A DNA stretch of 64,000 nucleotides from Pseudomonadota bacterium (GTDB lineage: Bacteria; Bdellovibrionota; Bdellovibrionia; Bdellovibrionales; SG-bin7). The notes below the pieces were generated by a model. It made no database searches, had not been told where the DNA came from, and saw only the letters and a list, made by a program, of their open reading frames with translations. Shown here in pieces: positions 56,971 to 64,000 of this stretch. The position numbers were made by a program, and so were the translations under genes. The first letter of the stretch is position 1, and every line of letters begins with the position of its first letter. The stretch is from assembly GCA_034439715.1 (NCBI GenBank), contig JAWXAY010000033.1, positions 1 through 64,000 of the forward strand, given 5' to 3'.

Positions 56971-57258
56971 ATGACTAAAGCAGACTTAATAAACCTAATT
57001 TCTGAAAAAGCCAGTATCACGCGAGTAAAAGCCGAAACTGTGGTGAACACTGTTTTTGATACAATTACTGAAGCTTTGGTGAAGGACGACCGCATCGAAA
57101 TTCGTGGATTTGGCTCATTTGTCAATCGTGCTTACAATGCTCGCCAAGGACGAAATCCACGTACTGGTGAAGTTATTGATGTCGCACAAAAGCGACGACC
57201 ATTTTTTAAAGTTGGCAAAGAGTTACGTGAAGAGATTAACAAAGGCCCCAAAAAATAA
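56971..57258 (+). CDS. IHF-beta/HU family DNA-binding protein
   Basis: MTKADLI, RIEIRGFGSF, GRNPRTGE, PFFKVGKELRE. Confidence 0.93.
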   Translation: MTKADLINLISEKASITRVKAETVVNTVFDTITEALVKDDRIEIRGFGSFVNRAYNARQGRNPRTGEVIDVAQKRRPFFKVGKELREEINKGPKK

Positions 57259-57273
57259 TAAGTAGAACAAATA

Positions 57274-58470
57274 TTAGTCGCGAAAAACTGGGATCTCACG
57301 AATATCTTTAATTCCAAAAAAAGCCATAAATAGTCGATCCACTCCTAATGCAATACCACCACTGGGAGGCATTCCTAGTCTTAAAGCTTCGATAAGACCG
57401 TCATCTACTGGAGGAACAAAACTTCCAAGGTCGCGTTTCTCTTTTTGCCAAGTTAAAAACCTTTTAGAGTTTTCTATTGGGTCATTGAGTTCGTCATAGG
57501 CGTTGGCAATTTCGAATCCTCTAAAATAGACTTCAAATCGATCGGCCCAACCCTTTTCATTTAGGCGAGCTAAGGCAGATTGTGACGGCGGAAAGTCTTT
57601 TAGAATGAGCGGAGTCACGAGCCCTAAGCGAGGCTCCACATGTTCAATGAATAATCTGTGGAATAAATCATTCCAGGAGTCGCTGGGATCAAAATGTGTT
57701 CGTCTGTCTATCGCAAGCTTTTTGAGTTCCTCGCGTGAAGTCTGTGGAGTTAAATCGAAATTAAGGTATTCGCGAAATACCTCGGCCATGGATTTAAGTG
57801 TGATAGATCCATCAAAGCGGATTGCACCTTCGATGTTATCATTCACATACTTAAAAAGATCATAGACGTCTTTTTGTATGGCGTCGATTCCAGCAAAACT
57901 TCGGTACCACTCAAGCATTGTGAATTCAGCTGCGTGCTGAGGTGTATTTTCTTCTTGCCGAAAGCAAGACCTAATTTCAAAAGCATTCTCAATGCCCAAA
58001 ACTAACGCCCGCTTTAAATGAAACTCAGGGCTTGTAGGCAGACAGTAACCATTGCTGGTAAAGGGCCTTAAAAAAGTCTCTGAACCAGAAGAAGGCACCA
58101 GTGTCGGCGTTTGAATTTCTAAAAAGCCGCTTGTCTCAAAAAATTTTCTTAAGGATTTTAGAAACCCATTCCATTTGAGCAAATGGTTTTTCTCTTTATT
58201 TATTTGTTCGAGCGATTTTTGGCCAATATTTGGCGCCAGAAGTTGAATGTGATGTTCTTTCATTAATACAATATCGCCGAGTACGAGAATATCCGATGCC
58301 TTGAATCCATGAGTTATAAATTCGCCTTGCTGGGTAAACTCACCTAAAATCCCATCGGCTATGGGGTCTGACCAGCGACTTTTAATAAGCTCATTTTTAA
58401 TGTCATCTTTAAGGGCTTTTGGGTAAGGCCGCCACAATGATTTTAGATAAATTTCTCGGGTCATATTCAT
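57274..58470 (-). CDS. epmA: EF-P lysine aminoacylase EpmA (GenX/PoxA)
   Basis: LPTSPEFHLKR, CFRQEE..HAAEFTMLEWYR, DRFEVY..EIANAYDEL, GMPPSGGIALGVDRL. Confidence 0.88.
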   Translation of the reverse strand: MNMTREIYLKSLWRPYPKALKDDIKNELIKSRWSDPIADGILGEFTQQGEFITHGFKASDILVLGDIVLMKEHHIQLLAPNIGQKSLEQINKEKNHLLKWNGFLKSLRKFFETSGFLEIQTPTLVPSSGSETFLRPFTSNGYCLPTSPEFHLKRALVLGIENAFEIRSCFRQEENTPQHAAEFTMLEWYRSFAGIDAIQKDVYDLFKYVNDNIEGAIRFDGSITLKSMAEVFREYLNFDLTPQTSREELKKLAIDRRTHFDPSDSWNDLFHRLFIEHVEPRLGLVTPLILKDFPPSQSALARLNEKGWADRFEVYFRGFEIANAYDELNDPIENSKRFLTWQKEKRDLGSFVPPVDDGLIEALRLGMPPSGGIALGVDRLFMAFFGIKDIREIPVFRD

Positions 58471-58496
58471 CGGGTCATTTTCAACTTATGGGCCTC

Positions 58497-58530
58497 AAAA
58501 AAAACAGCCCCTTTATTTTCATAAAGGGGC
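58497..58530 (-). terminator. Intrinsic terminator of paralog C
   Basis: Minus strand GCCCCTTTAT-GAAA-ATAAAGGGGC-TG-T8. Confidence 0.85.
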
Positions 58531-58559
58531 CTTGAATAAATACTAAATAACAAATAATT

Positions 58560-59462
58560 TTATTTACCAGAATGATCTAAATCACAGCGGCCGTATCGAA
58601 CATCGCAGTACGGTTTAACCGGAGTACCACCAGCCATCATGTCTTCAAAGGTCTCATTCATGATCACTCTAATTGGAAGTGACATAACACGAGCAAAAAC
58701 CATTAAGAGTCCGTTTCCTGCAGCGCTAAGATCGCCATGTACTACATCATGAAGAACCAAAACTACTGCCTTTGCAGCGCCATAAGCATCTTTACCAAGT
58801 ACACTAACTCGGCCTATAACTGCGTCAGCTACGATAACAACTGCATCAGAAGCATACTTGATACCAGTTCTTACACCGTCAACTACAAGCTCTACAGCTT
58901 TGCCAGCAACAGTTGAAACAGTATCTAATACCCAAGCTCCAGCTTGAGCAGCGCGACCAATTACTTGAGAAGCAACGCAAACACCAAGTTGAACTATAAA
59001 GAAACCAGGAATGTGGCTGTAAGCTTCCATCGCATCCCACGAGCGTTTGCTAGTATCTAACATGATGTTAGCAATATCTTTTGCAAACTTAGAGGGAACG
59101 GCAATTACTTCTTGAACGCCACTAACACCAGTTAAGATGATAGCAGTAACCATTTCAGTACCGATTAGAATGGGGCAAAGAACAGGAGCAGTAACACCTT
59201 CTCCGTCAACTTCGTCCATGCGATCGCTTAAACACTTAACAAGTTCAGTAGCATGTTCCGCAAGAGCGGGCATTGCTTTTAACGCAGCTTCGCTGAAAGA
59301 AACCACTAAGTTTCCAACATTAATAACGACGTTTACACCAGCGTGAACAATTTCACCGGCTTTTTCTGTAGGAAGATTGTTGCCATCTCTATGGCCTGCA
59401 TTAGCGGTCATCGATACAGCAACAGCTAATCCTGCCAATGAAGAAATAATAGATTTTCTCAT
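58560..59462 (-). CDS. Secreted amphipathic-helical protein, paralog C
   Basis: Signal peptide ending ANA; SD AAGGAG; motifs shared with both A and B. Confidence 0.82.
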   Translation of the reverse strand: MRKSIISSLAGLAVAVSMTANAGHRDGNNLPTEKAGEIVHAGVNVVINVGNLVVSFSEAALKAMPALAEHATELVKCLSDRMDEVDGEGVTAPVLCPILIGTEMVTAIILTGVSGVQEVIAVPSKFAKDIANIMLDTSKRSWDAMEAYSHIPGFFIVQLGVCVASQVIGRAAQAGAWVLDTVSTVAGKAVELVVDGVRTGIKYASDAVVIVADAVIGRVSVLGKDAYGAAKAVVLVLHDVVHGDLSAAGNGLLMVFARVMSLPIRVIMNETFEDMMAGGTPVKPYCDVRYGRCDLDHSGK

Positions 59463-59625
59463 AGGGTCTCCTTAAGGTTAGTAAAAATTTAAAGCCGAAT
59501 GCTTTAAAACTCGTCATTCATAGTACTGCAGCGCCTCAATAGCAAGTTTTTTGGCAGGTATAAGCTAATTTTATGAGGTCTAATCCCATAAATTCGCATT
59601 GTTTACAGAAATATGAAAAAAATTC

Positions 59626-60033
59626 TTAAATCAAATGGCTCAAGAGATGGGGCAATACCTTGCGGTTAGCGCCTGGTATCTCTAAGGAACTGAGTTCCTC
59701 TAACTCCACCCATTTTATCTCGCTGTGATGGATATTTTTTGGTTCGCCTTTCCAATACTTCACAACATAAAACAGCAAAAGAATTCCTGTTTCGCCATAA
59801 GAATGAGTGCCCGCATAAAGGATGTTTCCAATTTCGGCTTCGATTCCTAATTCTTCACGAAGTTCTCTGGCTAATGCGGCTTCGGGGCCTTCTCCTGTTT
59901 CAATTTTTCCCCCTGGGAATTCCCACTGGCCGGCGAGGTTTTTACCCTCAGGACGAAGACCTACGAGTACCTTTGACCCCTTCATTATTAATCCAGTAAC
60001 GACAGGAATCCACAGCGGGCGTTTTGGTTTCAT
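59626..60033 (-). CDS. mutT: MutT/NudG-type Nudix hydrolase
   Basis: Nudix box WEFPGGKIETGEGPEAALARELREELG. Confidence 0.85.
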   Translation of the reverse strand: MKPKRPLWIPVVTGLIMKGSKVLVGLRPEGKNLAGQWEFPGGKIETGEGPEAALARELREELGIEAEIGNILYAGTHSYGETGILLLFYVVKYWKGEPKNIHHSEIKWVELEELSSLEIPGANRKVLPHLLSHLI

Positions 60034-60072
60034 CCAAAAATTGTAATCAATACCCTAAGCAATGTCATGATT

Positions 60073-61068
60073 TTAGGGTGAGCTAGCCTTTGACATATCA
60101 GAAAAAAAACCAGGCCCATTATAAATAAGTGCTGAATAAACTTGCACTAGATTGGCACCGAGAGCTAAGCGTTCTTCAATGTCTTCATGTGAACTGATGC
60201 CACCGACGCTAATAAGGAGTTTTCCTGTTCGCTTAGAACCTAAGAAGTTGAGCGCTAGCTTAAGGCTATTGAGTGAAAGTTTGGCCAATGGCTTTCCTGA
60301 AACTCCGCCTTCTGTAGGAAATGGACAATCACTGTAACGCGAAAGGGTTGTATTGGACAAAATCCAACCATCAATTTCAAACTCAAGAGAAATATTAAGT
60401 GCCGCTTCGAGTTCTATTTGATTTAAGTCAGGGCTTAATTTCAAAAGAATTGGCCGCGAGAACCCGGCATTTTTTTGGCGATAAGCCTGTAGTGTTTTGT
60501 CTAGCAGTTGCTTAAGCGCGTCTTCTGATTGGAGGTCTCTCAGGCCTATCGTGTTAGGGCTACTAATATTAATCACAAAAACATCGGCCAAAGAGTTGAG
60601 GTGATTCATGACAGCCAAATAGTCATTATGAGCTTCATGATTTGGAGTAGACCTATTTTTGCCGACATTAATAAGTACGGGAGTAGGCCAAGGCTTTTTG
60701 ATATTCGCTAAGGTCTTAAAAGTATGCTCCATGCCTAAAGAAGGAAAACCTAAGCGATTCCAAACCGCCAAATTTTTTATATCTCGAGCTAAAATTTTAC
60801 CAGGATTTGGATTTTGTGGGAGTGGCGTCACTGTTCCTACCTCTAGAAAGCCCGCGCCGCAGGACCACCAGCCCTGAATACTGTCGCCACTTTTGTCTAC
60901 GCCTCCTGCAATTCCCAAAGGATTTGGAAAGACGAGATCCTTCCATATGAGCGATCGCCACTTTTTGACTTTGGGACTTTTAAGTTTTCCGTAAATTTTT
61001 AAATAAATGTGTCCCAATGGGTGGGCCCATGAAACCGGTAAGTAGAGCCAGGGTTTTAACAGCGCCAT
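60073..61068 (-). CDS. pyrD: Quinone-dependent dihydroorotate dehydrogenase
   Basis: NPLGIAGGVDK, NRLGFPS, INISSPNT, LKLSPD, GGVSGKPL. Confidence 0.93.
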   Translation of the reverse strand: MALLKPWLYLPVSWAHPLGHIYLKIYGKLKSPKVKKWRSLIWKDLVFPNPLGIAGGVDKSGDSIQGWWSCGAGFLEVGTVTPLPQNPNPGKILARDIKNLAVWNRLGFPSLGMEHTFKTLANIKKPWPTPVLINVGKNRSTPNHEAHNDYLAVMNHLNSLADVFVINISSPNTIGLRDLQSEDALKQLLDKTLQAYRQKNAGFSRPILLKLSPDLNQIELEAALNISLEFEIDGWILSNTTLSRYSDCPFPTEGGVSGKPLAKLSLNSLKLALNFLGSKRTGKLLISVGGISSHEDIEERLALGANLVQVYSALIYNGPGFFSDMSKASSP

Positions 61069-62327
61069 TAGCGGGGGTATAAACCTCGCAAGAGCATTGC
61101 TGTCTCAAGGCGCTTCAACGAAACACACCAAGCCGCCGTTCTGAGATCTAAATTATTTTCTTGCGCGTAAACCCAAACTTTATCAAAGGCTTTGGTGAGA
61201 GCGGTACGTAGCTTTCGATCGACTTCGTCCTCATCCCAAAAGTAGGCCGCAATGTCTTGGACCCATTCAAAATAGCTGACGATTACGCCACCACCGTTAG
61301 CTAAAATATCTGGAACAATAGTGACGCCCTTTTGATGAAGATATTCGCTAGCTTCAGAATTAGTCGGTCCGTTGGCTCCTTCGACGATAATCTTGGCGCG
61401 AATACGCTTCATATTTTCTGAAGTAATTGAATTTTCAAGGGCACAGGGAAGAAGCATGTCGACATCAAGTTCTAATAGTTCATTATTTTTTATTTTTTGG
61501 CAATTGGGGTAGTTTGCAAGAAGTTTATTTTGAGAAACATGATTTACAAGATCGGGAACATCAAGGCCATCAGCCTTGTAAATTGCGCCGTTGGCATCGC
61601 TAACAGCAATCACTTTGGCACCCATAAAGTTAGCGGTAAGGGCGGCAAATCGACCGACGTTACCAAAGCCTTGAATGGCCATTGTTGTATGCTGAAAATT
61701 GAGACCTTTCTTTTTGGCAATCTCGTGGGCTAAATAAACCACGCCCTTGCCCGTGGCGCTCTCGCGACCCACAGAACCGCCAATCTCAACCGGCTTACCA
61801 GTAACAATCCCTGGCTGGGCGTAGCCGCACTCTTGTGAATAAGTATCCATCATCCAAGCCATGATTCGAGGGCTTGTTCCGACATCGGGAGCTGGAATAT
61901 CTTTAGTGGGACCAATAAAGGGACCAATTTCGGTTGTGTATCTGCGAGTGAGATTTTGCAATTCTGTTTTAGAGAGTTTAGTGGGATCAACGCAGACCCC
62001 ACCTTTGGCTCCGCCGAGCGGCAGCTGAAGAAGAGAATTTTTAAAGGTCATGAGGGCAGCGAGGGCTGCGACTTCTCCGATGCAAACGTCTTGATGATAA
62101 CGAATTCCGCCTTTAAAGGGGCCAAGTGTCATATTATGCTGAATGCGAAAACCTTGAAAAACTTTAACCGAGTAATCATCCATTCGAACCGGAACGCTGA
62201 CACAAATAGCGCGCCGGGGAGTCTTAAGGCGTAGGAGGATGTTAGGATCGACTTTAGCCAGTGTGCCGGCCGTATTTAGGTTTCTCAAAACGTTGTCGTA
62301 CATCGGACCGGAAAACAACTCTTCCAC
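61068..62327 (-). CDS. gdhA: Glu/Leu/Phe/Val dehydrogenase (glutamate dehydrogenase)
   Basis: KGGIRYH, GGAKGG, DIPAPDVGT, QGFGNVG, EGANGP, GGVIVSYFEWVQ. Confidence 0.9.
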   Translation of the reverse strand: MEELFSGPMYDNVLRNLNTAGTLAKVDPNILLRLKTPRRAICVSVPVRMDDYSVKVFQGFRIQHNMTLGPFKGGIRYHQDVCIGEVAALAALMTFKNSLLQLPLGGAKGGVCVDPTKLSKTELQNLTRRYTTEIGPFIGPTKDIPAPDVGTSPRIMAWMMDTYSQECGYAQPGIVTGKPVEIGGSVGRESATGKGVVYLAHEIAKKKGLNFQHTTMAIQGFGNVGRFAALTANFMGAKVIAVSDANGAIYKADGLDVPDLVNHVSQNKLLANYPNCQKIKNNELLELDVDMLLPCALENSITSENMKRIRAKIIVEGANGPTNSEASEYLHQKGVTIVPDILANGGGVIVSYFEWVQDIAAYFWDEDEVDRKLRTALTKAFDKVWVYAQENNLDLRTAAWCVSLKRLETAMLLRGLYPR

Positions 62328-62352
62328 GGCTCCCCCTTCAAATATAGTCTAA

Positions 62353-63249
62353 GTGCCAAATAAATTTAATCATCCTTTTTTTTTAAGTTTGCAAGTTCAA
62401 ACAGGAGAATTAGACTACTACCTTATGGGGTTTTTTTTAGTCTTTGATAAAAGTAAGGCGCTCATTAAGTATCACGGTCCCAGCGAAGCACTAAGTTCAC
62501 TGGTAGACTCTATCCAACAATGCTTTGCCCAACGCGTTACTGATATCACCGTTGAATTGCCAACAAAAGAAGCTGAGATTGGCGAACTTTTTGAAGTGCT
62601 TAGCAAACTTCATGGTGTATTACAAAAAAGATCAGAAAGATTAAAATTAAAGCAGGACGTGGGTGGGGCGAAAACCCAACTAGTTGTGGATTTATTGGCG
62701 TTAGGGTGCGAAATAACTACCGACGAAGAAGTTCTTAAAGAGATTGAGGTGCAAAAACTTAGGCAAAAGCAAAGTTCAACAAAAGATCGCGCGCTCAAAA
62801 TGCTCGAAGAAATCAAGTCAAATCAAAAAAAATTTAATGAGTTCGATATCGATTTTACTAAACTCTACAAGGCGGCCGAGTTTCAAGCCTGGCCGGAGAT
62901 TGAAGGCTATCTTGAAAAGGTCAGTGCGGCTCTTGAAACTGAACTTCGGCTTAAGGAGAAGCTTGAGCGCGAAAAAAAACTTTATGTCAGTCGAATCCAC
63001 CACTTAAAAAAAGTGACAGAAGTAGATGCCGCAAGCGCCAAGGAGCTCGCAAAAATGCATCAGATAGAAATTGAGCTGGATTCTCTAAAGGCAGAACTTT
63101 CGGAGTTAACGAATCGACTGTTAGGCGCCCAAGATCAGGCAAAAAAAAGCGAGTTGTCCGCAAGGCATGAAGTTACTAGATGCCAGAAGGAATACGGTCC
63201 GGTCATTAACCGACTCAACTTAGAATTAGAAAGGCAAAAAAAGAAATGA
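62353..63249 (+). CDS. Coiled-coil hypothetical protein
   Basis: 298-aa ORF (start may be ATG 62425); E/K/L heptads; stop overlaps next ATG. Confidence 0.65.
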   Translation: MPNKFNHPFFLSLQVQTGELDYYLMGFFLVFDKSKALIKYHGPSEALSSLVDSIQQCFAQRVTDITVELPTKEAEIGELFEVLSKLHGVLQKRSERLKLKQDVGGAKTQLVVDLLALGCEITTDEEVLKEIEVQKLRQKQSSTKDRALKMLEEIKSNQKKFNEFDIDFTKLYKAAEFQAWPEIEGYLEKVSAALETELRLKEKLEREKKLYVSRIHHLKKVTEVDAASAKELAKMHQIEIELDSLKAELSELTNRLLGAQDQAKKSELSARHEVTRCQKEYGPVINRLNLELERQKKK

Positions 63250-64000
63250 TTGAAGTGGCCGCGGGAAATGTTTTGAAAAACCTCGAAAATATTACCGGCA
63301 AAAAAATCCTGATTGTCGGTGACGTGGGAGTTGATGAGTATGTTATCGGAGATGTGAATCGAATTAGTCCCGAAGCTCCGGTGCCCGTGGTTGCGGTGAC
63401 TGAGCAATACTCACGTCTGGGTTTATCCGCCAATGTGGCACAGAATATTGCTAGCTTAAAGAGTGAGTCGGTTTTACTTTCGATCACCGGTGACGATGAG
63501 ACGGCAGAAAAGTTAAGGGGGCTCTTAAAAAAAGAAAAAGTAAATAGCGATTTTTTGATTAAGGACTCGAGTCGTCAGACAACCCGAAAACTAAGAGTTC
63601 TGGGTGTACTTGCTGGACATCATCATATTGTGAGAGTCGATTTTGAACAAAGGCGATTTCTCTCACCCGAGGTCGAAAAAAAATACTTAAAACGAGCCCA
63701 AGAGGTTATTCCCGAAGTTGATGTGGTCATAATTCAGGATTATGCCAAAGGAGTCATTAGCGAAAGTATTTCGCAAAAGATCATTGAGCTTTCAAAAAAA
63801 AATAAGAAAAAAGTATTGGTTGATCCTCATCGATTAACACCCCTTCATTTCTACAGCGGCGCGAATGTTTTTAAACCCAATTTTGCTGAGGCGCTGGCCT
63901 TGTCAAAAATAGATCAAGATGACCTGCATTTTAATAAAAATATTATTAGAGACGTAGTAAAGGCCTTAGAAACAGAGGGTCAATTTGAAACTGTAATATT
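63246..64000 (+). CDS. rfaE1: Heptose-7-phosphate kinase RfaE1/HldE domain I (partial, runs off window)
   Basis: Manual translation MIEVAAGNVLKNLENITGKKILIVGDVGVDEYVIGDVNRISPEAPVPVV...QDYAKG...VDP...KPN. Confidence 0.9.
   Translation, partial: MIEVAAGNVLKNLENITGKKILIVGDVGVDEYVIGDVNRISPEAPVPVVAVTEQYSRLGLSANVAQNIASLKSESVLLSITGDDETAEKLRGLLKKEKVNSDFLIKDSSRQTTRKLRVLGVLAGHHHIVRVDFEQRRFLSPEVEKKYLKRAQEVIPEVDVVIIQDYAKGVISESISQKIIELSKKNKKKVLVDPHRLTPLHFYSGANVFKPNFAEALALSKIDQDDLHFNKNIIRDVVKALETEGQFETVI

Noticed and set aside
1..64000. CRISPR array, DGR, retron or prophage
   Set aside because: No repeat-spacer array, cas, reverse transcriptase, integrase or phage structural gene seen

Overview
AT-rich bacterial chromosomal segment whose gene content (Tad/Flp pilus genes, FQNC-type lipoprotein, pilin-like proteins, many sigma28- and sigma54-like promoters, TPR-wHTH regulator) suggests a predatory Bdellovibrionota organism (inference from protein families, no database search). 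Housekeeping genes include rpoH, hisS-aspS, folD, gcvT-gcvH, gcvP, tRNA-Leu(TAG), mtnP, IHF/HU, epmA, mutT, pyrD, a Glu dehydrogenase and a partial rfaE1. Most notable accessory content: (1) three related, apparently uncharacterised secreted amphipathic-helical proteins (53503-55486 and 58560-59462) with shared Cys motifs and related promoters/RBS; (2) a 3546-aa surface protein with five ~500-aa repeats fused to a PorU/gingipain-like C25 protease and a C-terminal membrane anchor instead of a T9SS CTD; (3) a pilin-like gene next to tRNA-Leu broken by two mutually compensating homopolymer frameshifts (A8 and C8), in an islet with hicAB and an IS91/ISCR remnant; (4) a secreted Gly/Met/Gln low-complexity protein inside a split Tad cluster; (5) a divergent pair of a stand-alone MnmC methyltransferase and a TIGR01212 radical SAM enzyme. 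No CRISPR array, rRNA or prophage was seen.
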